Positions 11,867 through 20,694 of a DNA stretch of 64,000 nucleotides are shown here, piece after piece. The notes under the pieces were generated by a model. The model made no database searches and was not told where the DNA came from. It saw nothing but the letters and a program-made list of their open reading frames with translations. The stretch covers positions 14,175 through 78,174 of the forward strand of contig JACRKZ010000073.1 of NCBI GenBank assembly GCA_016235455.1. Direction: 5' to 3'. The position numbers and the translations under genes are program-made. Origin of the DNA: Armatimonadota bacterium. Its GTDB lineage: Bacteria > Armatimonadota > UBA10988. Each line of letters starts with the position of its first letter. Position 1 is the stretch's first letter.

Positions 11867-12428
11867 AATCACCACGGACGATGTGCTCCTCGACGCTGAG
11901 GATCATATGGAGAAGTCGGTCAAGGCGACGGCCCACGAATTCAGCCTGGTGCGCACCGGGCGCGCCACGCCGGCGCTGGTGGAACATGTCAAGGTGGACT
12001 ACCACGGAACGCCCACGCCGCTGCGCGAGCTGTCGATGGTGCGGGCGCCCGAACCGCGGCTGCTGACCATCGAGCCGTGGGAAAAGAACATCATCCGTAA
12101 TATCGAGAAGGCCTTGTCGGACGCTAATCTGGGGCTTAACCCGCAGAACGACGGCAAGCTGATCCGCATCGCCATTCCGCCGCTCAACGAGGAGCGCCGG
12201 CGCGACCTGGTCAAGGGCTGCCAGCAGGAAGCCGAGCAGGGCAAGGTGGCGCTGCGCAACGTGCGGCGCGAGGCCAACGACAAGCTGCGCAAGATGGAAA
12301 AGGCCGCGCACATCTCCGAGGACGAGCTGAAGCGGGCCGAGGACGAAGTGCAGAAGCTGACCGACAGCTACATCAAGAAGATCGAAGAGCTGTTGGCGCA
12401 CAAGCGCACCGAATTGATGGAAGACTGA
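11856..12428 (+). CDS. frr: Ribosome recycling factor
   Basis: RTGRA, LGLNPQNDG, PPLNEERRRDLVK, RNVRR. Confidence 0.97.
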   Translation: MPDEITTDDVLLDAEDHMEKSVKATAHEFSLVRTGRATPALVEHVKVDYHGTPTPLRELSMVRAPEPRLLTIEPWEKNIIRNIEKALSDANLGLNPQNDGKLIRIAIPPLNEERRRDLVKGCQQEAEQGKVALRNVRREANDKLRKMEKAAHISEDELKRAEDEVQKLTDSYIKKIEELLAHKRTELMED

Positions 12429-12435
12429 CGCGTTG

Positions 12436-13272
12436 ATGCGACGACGACGGACGCAGGCACAGCCTACCGACGGCGAACTCGGCCAGTTGGCCCGGATCGA
12501 CGCCAATCGTCTGCCAACGCACATCGCCATGATCATGGACGGCAACGGGCGCTGGGCACGGCAGCGTCACATGCCCAGGACCTATGGCCATCTGCGCGGG
12601 GCCGAGGCGGTGGAGCGGGTCATCCGCTGCTGCCGGTATCTGCCCGACCGGCTGCGTGAGGCCGGACTGCTGGACGGTGAGCCGGCCAGCCGCATTCGCT
12701 ACCTCACGCTGTACAGCTTCTCGAGCGAGAACTGGAGCCGTCCGCGCGAGGAGGTCAACGCGATCCTCTCGCTGATCGAGCAGAAGCTGCGCGAGAAGCT
12801 CGACGATCTGCTCAACCAGGGCGTGCGCATCCGCATGCTGGGGCGCGACCGCGAACTGCCCGAGTCGCTGCGCACCGAGTTCCAGAAAGAGATGGAGGTG
12901 ACCGCCGGGTGTGATGACCTGACGGTCTACCTCGCCGTCAACTACGGTGGTCGGCAGGAGATCATCGACGCCGCGCTGCGCATGGCCGAGGCCATTCGCG
13001 GCGGCCAGTTGGCACCCGAGCAGGTGGACGAGCGGATGTTCGGCGAGTACCTCTACGCGCCGGACGTGCCGGACCCCGAACTACTGGTGCGTACCGGCGG
13101 CGAACTGCGGGTGAGCAACTTCCTGTTGTGGCAGATAGCGTACAGCGAGATGTGGGTCACGCCGACCCTGTGGCCGGCGCTGAGCGCCGAGGAGTTCTAC
13201 CGGGCCTTGGCGGACTACCAATCACGGGAGCGGCGTTTTGGCGGGCTCAATGGCAATGGACAAGCGGGTTGA
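12436..13272 (+). CDS. uppS: Undecaprenyl diphosphate synthase
   Basis: HIAMIMDGNGRWA, FSSENWSRP, NYGGRQE, RTGGELRVSNFLLWQ. Confidence 0.96.
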   Translation: MRRRRTQAQPTDGELGQLARIDANRLPTHIAMIMDGNGRWARQRHMPRTYGHLRGAEAVERVIRCCRYLPDRLREAGLLDGEPASRIRYLTLYSFSSENWSRPREEVNAILSLIEQKLREKLDDLLNQGVRIRMLGRDRELPESLRTEFQKEMEVTAGCDDLTVYLAVNYGGRQEIIDAALRMAEAIRGGQLAPEQVDERMFGEYLYAPDVPDPELLVRTGGELRVSNFLLWQIAYSEMWVTPTLWPALSAEEFYRALADYQSRERRFGGLNGNGQAG

Positions 13273-14170
13273 TCCCCAGCTGAGCCTGGTCGGCCAATGG
13301 CTGGCCGGGTTGTTAATGGTCGCGCTTCTGGCGGTCGATGCCGTGCCGGTGCTGCACGGTGCGCCGATGGTGCTCATCGGCCTCATGGGCGTGGTGCAGA
13401 TGGGTCGCGAGATCGGCGCCGCGCTGGCGCGCCGCAGCGTGCATCCGTCCACGCCGATGATGAACTTCTGGGGGTCCATCGTCTTCCTGCACACGCTCTA
13501 CTTTGCGCGCAGCGCGCAGTGGTCGACCGCCATCGAGGTCATCAACACCGTGCTCATCGCGTTGTTCCTGCTGGTGCTGGCCGCCGCGGTGACCACCGAG
13601 GCCAAGTTCCACGGCTGGGTGCAAGGCGTGCGCGACCTGAGCTTGGCGCTCGGGCTGCCCGGTTTCTTCGGCCTGGCCGTCGGCGCCGGCGCCGCCATTC
13701 AGGCGGGCCACGAGCACCGCGCCACGGCCGCCGGCTCCGCCTTGATCGCCGTGGTCGTCGCAGCCGCCTGGCTGGCCAACGGCGCGGCGGCCGTGGCCGA
13801 CCGCATGGGTGTGGGTGAGGCCGAGCGGCCAGCCCGCCTGCCCGCGACCATGCTGGGCCTGGTGGCGCGCGTAGTGACCATGGCCGTGGCCATGGGCATC
13901 GGCTGTGTGGCGACCAAGTCGCTGGCCCCGGCCACGGCGCTGGCGGCCGGCGCGGCGGGCGGTGTCGGCGGCTGGCTCGGCCACCGCCTGGTGGACTGGG
14001 CCGCGCGCTGGTGCGAGGTGGATCGCTTCCACGGCCGGCTGCCGTCCCATGTGGCTACGGTCCAGGGCCTCTACGACCGAGTTTTCGACGGCGGCTTGCT
14101 GGACTACGCCGGCAGCCTGCTGCTGGCGCTGCCCGCGGTCCTCGCGGTGCTGCTGCTGATGGGTGGGTAG
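13250..14170 (+). CDS. Polytopic membrane protein in the cdsA position (divergent phosphatidate cytidylyltransferase-like)
   Basis: Lies between uppS and dxr; many hydrophobic helices; C-terminal LPSH...GGLLDYAGS resembles CdsA PGHGGxxDRxDS but is degenerate. Confidence 0.55.
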   Translation: MAMDKRVDPQLSLVGQWLAGLLMVALLAVDAVPVLHGAPMVLIGLMGVVQMGREIGAALARRSVHPSTPMMNFWGSIVFLHTLYFARSAQWSTAIEVINTVLIALFLLVLAAAVTTEAKFHGWVQGVRDLSLALGLPGFFGLAVGAGAAIQAGHEHRATAAGSALIAVVVAAAWLANGAAAVADRMGVGEAERPARLPATMLGLVARVVTMAVAMGIGCVATKSLAPATALAAGAAGGVGGWLGHRLVDWAARWCEVDRFHGRLPSHVATVQGLYDRVFDGGLLDYAGSLLLALPAVLAVLLLMGG

Positions 14171-14176
14171 ACAGAG

Positions 14177-15325
14177 ATGACGCGCATCGCGCTGCTGGGT
14201 TCGACCGGCTCCATCGGCACACAGACGCTGGAGGTCGTGGAGCAACTGGGTGACGGCTACGACGTCGTGGCCCTGGCCGCTGGGCGGCAGGTATCGCTCC
14301 TGGCCGAGCAGGTGCGCCGTTGGCGCCCCAAGCTCGTGTCGGTGGCTGACGCCGCCGCGCGCGAGGAGTTGCGCGGCCTCATCGGCGACTCGACTCGCAT
14401 CGTCTGCGGCGAAGAGGGTTTGGTTGAGGTCGCCACTTGGGAAAATGCCAATCTGGTGGTGGCGGCGGTGACCGGCGCGCTGGGGCTACGGCCGATCGTC
14501 GCGGCGTTGCAGGCCGGCAAGCGCGTGGCGCCGGCCAACAAGGAACCGCTGGTCATTGCGGGGTCCATCCTCATGCGCCTGACGCGTGAACAGGGCCTGC
14601 CGCTGGTGCCCATCGACTCCGAGCACAGCGCCATCTACCAGTGCCTGCGCGGCGAGGATCCGGCCACCATCGAGCGGCTGGTGCTGACCGCCTCGGGCGG
14701 ACCGTTCCGGGGCTGCGCGCTGGCCGACCTGGCGGGCGTGACACCCGAGCAGGCGCTCAACCATCCGACCTGGAAGATGGGGCCGAAGATCACCATCGAC
14801 AGCGCCACGCTCTTCAACAAGGGCCTGGAGGTGATCGAAGCGCAATGGTTGTTCGGGTTGCCAGTGGACAAGGTGGACGTGATTGTGCATCCTCAGAGCA
14901 TCGTGCACTCGATGGTCGAGTTCCAGGACGGCAGCGTGCTGGCGCAGATGGATGACCCCAACATGCGCACGCCGATCCAGTTCGCGCTGACCTACCCGCA
15001 CAGGGTGACCAGCCCGCGGTCGCGGCTCAACCTCGCGGCGCGCAAGCCGCTGAGCTTTGAGCAGCCCGACCTGGACGTGTTCCGCTGTCTGGCCCTGGCC
15101 TACGACGCCGCGCGCGCCGGAGGGCTGGTGCCGTGCGCCATGAACGCCGCCGACGAGGTGGCTGTGGAGCGGTTCCTGCAGGGACGCATCGGCTTCCTGG
15201 ACATCCCGCGCGTCATCGAGCGGGTCATGGAGCGCTGCGACCATGTGGCCGAGCCCGATCTGGACGCGTTGTTCGCGGCCGACGCCCAGGCCCGCCGTTG
15301 GGCTGACGAGGAGTGTGGATGCTGA
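14177..15325 (+). CDS. dxr: 1-deoxy-D-xylulose 5-phosphate reductoisomerase
   Basis: LGSTGSIG, ANKE, PIDSEHSA, LTASGGPF, HPTWKMGPKITIDSATLFNKGLEVIEA. Confidence 0.97.
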   Translation: MTRIALLGSTGSIGTQTLEVVEQLGDGYDVVALAAGRQVSLLAEQVRRWRPKLVSVADAAAREELRGLIGDSTRIVCGEEGLVEVATWENANLVVAAVTGALGLRPIVAALQAGKRVAPANKEPLVIAGSILMRLTREQGLPLVPIDSEHSAIYQCLRGEDPATIERLVLTASGGPFRGCALADLAGVTPEQALNHPTWKMGPKITIDSATLFNKGLEVIEAQWLFGLPVDKVDVIVHPQSIVHSMVEFQDGSVLAQMDDPNMRTPIQFALTYPHRVTSPRSRLNLAARKPLSFEQPDLDVFRCLALAYDAARAGGLVPCAMNAADEVAVERFLQGRIGFLDIPRVIERVMERCDHVAEPDLDALFAADAQARRWADEECGC

Positions 15326-16761
15326 CCGTCATGGGCACATCTTTGTGGCACAACCTGTCGACGTGGGTGCAGATTCTGCTGGCGCTTGGCGGGATCATCC
15401 TCGTCCATGAGATCGGCCACTTCATGTTCGCCAAGTGGACCGGCATCCACGTGGACGAGTTCGCCGTGGGGCTCGGCCCCACTGTGGCCAAATGGGAGCG
15501 CAACGGCACGCTGTACCGCGTGGCGCCGCTGCTGTTCATGGGTTACGTGCGCATCCGCGGCCTCGAGGGCGAAGAGAACGCCGAAGTGCTGCCCGGCGGG
15601 TTCTACAGCCGGCCGCACTACCAGCGTATCCTGGTGATGATCGGTGGCGCGCTGGTCAACTTGGTCACCGCGGCGCTGCTGTTCGGTCTGGTCTACACCG
15701 CCTGGGGCGTGCTCGACGAGAATGTCGATACCACGCTGGCCACGGTGCAGCCGGGCTCGGCCGCCGAGGCCGCCGGCCTCGTCGCTGACTGCCGCATCAT
15801 CGCGCTCGACGGCCAGACGCTGGCCAAACCCGAGGCCATTGAGAAGGCGGTCAAGGCGTCCGGTGGACGCGAGATGACCTTCCGCGTGGTCTACCCCGAC
15901 GGCACGCAGCGCGACCAGACGATCACGCCGCGGCGCGACGACGGCACCGGTCGTTACCTGATCGGTGTGGTGTTCCGCACCGACTTCGGGTTCGAGCGCA
16001 AGATCGGGCGGGTTACCCCGGGCGGCCCGGCGGCTGCGGCCGGCCTGCGGCGCGGTGACGAGATCCTGACCCTGGGTGGCCGGCGCGTGACGCACCCGAC
16101 GCAGATCGTCGAGGCGCTGACCACGGTGCCCACGGCGCTTGAGAAGGCCGACGCGCGCAGCACCAAGCTGCCGCCGGTGGGCCTCACCGTCGAGCGCGGT
16201 GGCGAAGTGATCGAGATGCAGGTCACCCCCAAGGCGAAGAAGTCCGAGCGCATCAAGCCCACCGCGCCCGGCGAGAAGGCGGCGCCCGCCGCCGAACGCC
16301 CACTGGAATCGTATCTGGTGGCGGATCCCGGTTTCCAGCTGCAGCGGCGCATGAAGCGCCTGGGCCTGGCCACGGCGCTGTGGACCGGCATCACGCGCAC
16401 CGAGCAGATCGTCGTCGACGTCACGCAAAACGTCATCCAGCTCTTCCGCGGCGTGGGGCTCAAGCAGGTCGGCGGCCCGGTGATGATCGTCAAGTCGCTG
16501 TCCGATGCGGCGTCCGTGGGTCTCTATGACCTGCTCACCTGGGCGGCCAGCCTGTCGATCATGATCGGCGTGTTCAACCTGTTGCCGCTGCCCGCACTCG
16601 ACGGTGGTCGGGTCGTGTTCATCCTCATCGACTGGGTGGCGTCGGCGTTGCCGTCGCGCCGGCAGGTCGACCGGCGGCTGGAGGGCACGATCCACGCGGT
16701 CGGCCTGATGTTGCTGCTGGCGTTGATGGTCGTCATCACGTTCCGAGATCTGACGCGCTAG
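15319..16761 (+). CDS. rseP: Site-2 intramembrane metalloprotease with two PDZ domains
   Basis: HEIGH, NLLPLPALDGG, two PDZ-like repeats (GSAAEAAGL; GGPAAAAGLRRGD); synteny after dxr; exact start uncertain. Confidence 0.93.
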   Translation: MLTVMGTSLWHNLSTWVQILLALGGIILVHEIGHFMFAKWTGIHVDEFAVGLGPTVAKWERNGTLYRVAPLLFMGYVRIRGLEGEENAEVLPGGFYSRPHYQRILVMIGGALVNLVTAALLFGLVYTAWGVLDENVDTTLATVQPGSAAEAAGLVADCRIIALDGQTLAKPEAIEKAVKASGGREMTFRVVYPDGTQRDQTITPRRDDGTGRYLIGVVFRTDFGFERKIGRVTPGGPAAAAGLRRGDEILTLGGRRVTHPTQIVEALTTVPTALEKADARSTKLPPVGLTVERGGEVIEMQVTPKAKKSERIKPTAPGEKAAPAAERPLESYLVADPGFQLQRRMKRLGLATALWTGITRTEQIVVDVTQNVIQLFRGVGLKQVGGPVMIVKSLSDAASVGLYDLLTWAASLSIMIGVFNLLPLPALDGGRVVFILIDWVASALPSRRQVDRRLEGTIHAVGLMLLLALMVVITFRDLTR

Positions 16762-16810
16762 ACAGCGCCGTACTGTGCCTTGGTGGGCGCCGGCGCAAGG
16801 AGTGGGTGCG

Positions 16811-17836
16811 ATGGTGCGCTGGGCCGTGCTGCTGATGTTGGCGACGCTGACCGCGGTGAGCGCGGCTGAGGTGCTGTACGACAAGGACGGTCTGATCTCG
16901 GACAAGTCCAAGCGGCTGCCCAGCGGCGAATGGGCCGAGGTCGTGTCCGTCAAGGCCAAGCCGAACCAGCTCATCACCGTGACCGTCGCGGCCAAGGGCT
17001 TCACCCCGTACCTGATCATCACGCCGCCCAACGGCCAGCAGGTCGACCGCCGCGGCGAAGGTACGGACGTCAGCGTGAGTTTCCTGTGCCTGGTCGAGGG
17101 CGACGCCGCGGTCGTGGTGACCACCGCCGGTCCCACGGAGAAGGGCGCGTTCCACCTGACCATCCGCTCGGGACTGCTCGAAGGCAAGCTGGACGAAGGC
17201 TGCACGGTGCTGGAGAGCGGTGAGTACAGCCGCGTGGTGCCGGTCTGGTTGCCGGCCGGCGAGTATGTTGTCGCGCTCGGCTCCCAGGCGTTCAACCCGT
17301 ACCTGATTCTGCATGAGGGCGATCGCGAAGTGAACGTCGACGACGACCTGGGCGCCGCCAACGGCGCAGCCAGGGCGCTGGCCCAGTTGACGGAGCCGAC
17401 CCTCGTGGGCGTCCAGGTGACCTCACACGCCAAGGGCGAGAAGGGCGCGTGGCACCTGTTCATCGCGCCCGGCATTCCCGCGCTCGACCAGCCGCGCAGC
17501 GCCAAGGGCAAGCTTGAAAAGGGCGACTATGACGACGCCGGCCGCCTGTCCGACTCCTACTCGATGGTTCTGGCCAAAGGCGTGAAGGTGCGCTTCACGG
17601 CCAAGGCCACGGGTTTTGTACCCAAGCTGGTGGTCTACGACGGCGCCGGCAAGCGCGCTGAGGCCACGGTCGCCGGCGACACCGCCACGCTGACCCTCGA
17701 GAACTCCGCCGCGGGCACGCTGCAACTGCTCATCCAAGGCCAGGAGCCCGGCACCGGCGGAGACTACCAATTGACCGCCGAAGCCGACACCTCCGTGGCG
17801 GCGCCACCAGCCGCTGGTGCGGGCGGCCTGCTCTAG
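16811..17836 (+). CDS. Secreted protein with about three PPC-like (pre-peptidase C-terminal) beta domains
   Basis: Signal peptide; repeated F(T/N/V)P(Y/K)L ... G(A/D)(F/W/Y)xL units; NVDDD. Confidence 0.6.
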   Translation: MVRWAVLLMLATLTAVSAAEVLYDKDGLISDKSKRLPSGEWAEVVSVKAKPNQLITVTVAAKGFTPYLIITPPNGQQVDRRGEGTDVSVSFLCLVEGDAAVVVTTAGPTEKGAFHLTIRSGLLEGKLDEGCTVLESGEYSRVVPVWLPAGEYVVALGSQAFNPYLILHEGDREVNVDDDLGAANGAARALAQLTEPTLVGVQVTSHAKGEKGAWHLFIAPGIPALDQPRSAKGKLEKGDYDDAGRLSDSYSMVLAKGVKVRFTAKATGFVPKLVVYDGAGKRAEATVAGDTATLTLENSAAGTLQLLIQGQEPGTGGDYQLTAEADTSVAAPPAAGAGGLL

Positions 17837-17838
17837 GC

Positions 17839-18936
17839 TCAGCGGTAGGCGGCGGCCCGGTCGGCCAGTTCGCGGGCCGCGGTCTCGTTGGGCGCCCAGG
17901 TCTGGATGTACAGGCCGCGTCCGCCGCAGGCATCCAGCAACGGCAGGACCTCGTCATAGCGCACGCCGACTGCCTGCACCGACTTGCCGGCCGCCAGGAT
18001 GCGCCGGTACAGGTCCCAGTGGCGCGGATGGCCGCCGCTGTCGCCCACCGAGATCCGCCGCGGGGTCCACTCAATGGCCTGCAGCGCCTCGATCTCGAGC
18101 AGCGCCTCCACATGGCACAGGCAGTCTTCCCCATCCAGGTGGAACATGGCATAGTCCAGCCACGCACACTGCCGCGCCAACGCGGGCACCACGAAGCGCC
18201 GGAACACGGCGGGTGAGAACATGGCCGCGGCATCGCACTGTACCTTGGCCGTGCGGCCGGGCCCCCAGATGCCGAAGCAGAAGCAGTTGCCGCCCAGGCC
18301 GTCGCGCACCACCGAGGCGAAGTCGTCGAACACATCGAAATAGGCTTCGTTGATCTGGTCGAGCTGGTCGAGCACCCACTCCGGCCGGTCGAGCGTGTCC
18401 ATCATCAGCCGTTCGGCGCCGCGCATGGCCGACAGAACATCCATGTTCTCGACCAGGTCGGGCAGGCTGGTGAGCCAGCGGCCCGCGCTCTCCGCGGCCG
18501 ACAGTTCGAGCATGGCGCGGTGCCGCCGGTACGGCCAACTGGTGCGGTCGATGGCGATGCGCGGGTGCTGCTCGGGTGGGTCGGCGATGCACGGGTCCGA
18601 CCACACCGTCCCGGGGTGGAGATCGAGGTGGCAGCCCACGTAGCCGGTCAGGTCGCCCGCGGCGCTGTGGGTACCCAGCATGGGGAAGGCGTCGGCCCCG
18701 TGGTAGGTGCGGCTCAGGTGGTACTCGCCGTGGCGGACGCGGTGCTCGGCGCCGAACCACTGCTCGGCCAGGTCGGCCGCCGGCGGCGGCGCGGGCAGGT
18801 CGGCCCACGGCTGGTCGGCCGGGGCGGTGACCCACAGCACCAGGGCGCGCTGCTGCCACCATGCGGCATGGTTGTCACGGGCGCTGGCCCAGTCTTCCTT
18901 CCACAGCGGATCGGTCGTAGCGCCGGCAGCATTCAT
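17839..18936 (-). CDS. URO-D/methyltransferase TIM-barrel family protein
   Basis: LSAMRG, MMDTLDRPE, KVQCDAAAMFSP, FHLDG, IEWTP. Confidence 0.75.
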   Translation of the reverse strand: MNAAGATTDPLWKEDWASARDNHAAWWQQRALVLWVTAPADQPWADLPAPPPAADLAEQWFGAEHRVRHGEYHLSRTYHGADAFPMLGTHSAAGDLTGYVGCHLDLHPGTVWSDPCIADPPEQHPRIAIDRTSWPYRRHRAMLELSAAESAGRWLTSLPDLVENMDVLSAMRGAERLMMDTLDRPEWVLDQLDQINEAYFDVFDDFASVVRDGLGGNCFCFGIWGPGRTAKVQCDAAAMFSPAVFRRFVVPALARQCAWLDYAMFHLDGEDCLCHVEALLEIEALQAIEWTPRRISVGDSGGHPRHWDLYRRILAAGKSVQAVGVRYDEVLPLLDACGGRGLYIQTWAPNETAARELADRAAAYR

Positions 18937-18957
18937 CGTTGGCCCTTCCCGCGGCGC

Positions 18958-18986
18958 ATGGTACCCAGCGGCGGCGGGCGAGTCCA
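18958..18986 (-). promoter_or_regulatory. sigma70-type promoter for the URO-D-like gene
   Basis: Minus strand TGGACT-17 bp-TACCAT. Confidence 0.5.
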
Positions 18987-19084
18987 GCGCAAAGTGGGAA
19001 GGAGGGCCTCGGCGCCCGGCGAACACAAGCAGGTCCGCGAGTCTGTGGGGCCGCGGCACTGCAAACGATGAGGAGCAGACGGCG

Positions 19085-20143
19085 ATGGCAGGTAAGAAGA
19101 GCGTCAAGGCGGAGAAGGCTGCCGAGGCGCGGGCGTACCCGGTGCTCGACCATGTGAAGGTCGGCATCATCGGCTATGGTGGCGCATTCAACATGGGCTT
19201 GACCCATGGCCGGTCGATGGAGAAGACCGGCAAGATGAGCATCACCGCGGTGTGCGACCTGGACGAGTCGCGCGTGGCCGTGGCCAAGAACGATTTCCCC
19301 GGTATCGAGACGTATACCGACATCAAGAAGATGCTCAAGAAGGCCGACATCGACCTGGCCGTGATCATCCTGCCGCACAACGCCCACGCGCCGATCGCCA
19401 TCGAGTGCGCTCAGGCTGGCAAGCATGTCGTGGTTGAGAAGCCGATGTGCATCAGCGATGCCGAGGCGCAAGCCATGATCGCCGCCGCCGCCGAGAACAA
19501 GACCATGCTGTCGGTGTTCCACAACCGGCGCTGGGACGGCGACTTCGTCACGCTGCGCGAGATCATCTGCGAAGAGAAGCTCATCGGCGACGTGTTCCAC
19601 GTCGAGATGTTCGGCGGCGGCTACGGCAAGCCAGGCACCTGGTGGCGCAGCTTCAAGGCCATCTCCGGCGGCCACTTCTTCGACTGGGGCGCGCACTACC
19701 TGGACTGGTTGCTGCAGATCCTGCCGCAAAAGATCACCGGCGTGACCGGCTTCTTCCACAAGCTCAAGTGGCACGATGTGACCAACGAGGACGACGTTGA
19801 GGCGGCCATCCGCTTCGAGGACGGCTGCGTGGCGCATGTGCACATGAGCAGCCTGGCCATGCTGGGCAAGGAGCGCTGGCGCCTGCTGGGTACCGAGGGT
19901 TCGGTGGTCTCGGCCAACGACAAGTTCATCGTGCAGAAGATGGTCGGCGAGCGTCGCGCCACCATCGAAGTGCCCTACAAGCCCAGCAACTGGGACGGCT
20001 ACTATGCGAACGTGGCCGAGCATCTGACCGCCGGCGCGGACCTGATCGTCAAGGCCTCGGAGGCCCGCCGGGTCATCGCCATCATGGACACGGCCGAGAA
20101 GTCGTCGGCCAGTGGCAAGACCGAGCCGCTGCCGACCGAGTAG
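19085..20143 (+). CDS. Gfo/Idh/MocA family oxidoreductase
   Basis: GIIGYG, HVVVEKP, FHNRRWD, DWGAHYLD; GAGGAG RBS. Confidence 0.93.
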   Translation: MAGKKSVKAEKAAEARAYPVLDHVKVGIIGYGGAFNMGLTHGRSMEKTGKMSITAVCDLDESRVAVAKNDFPGIETYTDIKKMLKKADIDLAVIILPHNAHAPIAIECAQAGKHVVVEKPMCISDAEAQAMIAAAAENKTMLSVFHNRRWDGDFVTLREIICEEKLIGDVFHVEMFGGGYGKPGTWWRSFKAISGGHFFDWGAHYLDWLLQILPQKITGVTGFFHKLKWHDVTNEDDVEAAIRFEDGCVAHVHMSSLAMLGKERWRLLGTEGSVVSANDKFIVQKMVGERRATIEVPYKPSNWDGYYANVAEHLTAGADLIVKASEARRVIAIMDTAEKSSASGKTEPLPTE

Positions 20144-20204
20144 TCCAGGTGTGGCCGGCGGCCTGGCGTCGTCGGCCACCCCCGACCTTTGAGGGGGCTC
20201 AACC

Positions 20205-20663
20205 GTGGCACGAACAACCCAACCGCGCCGCCGCGCCGAGCAGACGGAAGACACCGATGACCTGCTCTTCAACGGGGTGATCCTGGCCGACCTGGCCATC
20301 GGTCTGTTCTGGGGCGGACTGTCAGCGGGCTACGTGGCCATGAAGCACATGGGTACCAAGGTCGCCTGGCACTCCATGGCCTGGTTTGCGTTCTGGTTGG
20401 TCGGTCTCGTGGCCGTCATGGCCGGTGATGTGTTCTTTCGGCTCATCGCCGAACGTGATCAGCCGCTCTACTACCGGCTCTTCCGCTCGCAGCGCGGCGG
20501 CGTGTTGCTGACCATGCCGGTCTGGCTGGTGAGCATCGTGGTGCTGGGTGTGGCCTTGGCCTTCTCGACGGGCGACGGCGAGCCGGGCGCCAAGGTGCAC
20601 ATCCAGACCAACTCGACCGCCGAGCCGACGACCGAGCCAACCGCCAAGCCCGCGGACCGTTGA
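20205..20663 (+). CDS. Hypothetical membrane protein (about 3 TM)
   Basis: GAGGGG RBS, GTG start, host-like codon usage, three hydrophobic segments. Confidence 0.6.
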   Translation: MARTTQPRRRAEQTEDTDDLLFNGVILADLAIGLFWGGLSAGYVAMKHMGTKVAWHSMAWFAFWLVGLVAVMAGDVFFRLIAERDQPLYYRLFRSQRGGVLLTMPVWLVSIVVLGVALAFSTGDGEPGAKVHIQTNSTAEPTTEPTAKPADR

Positions 20664-20694
20664 CCGCGAGCGCTGCTTTCCTGTGAGGGACTCC

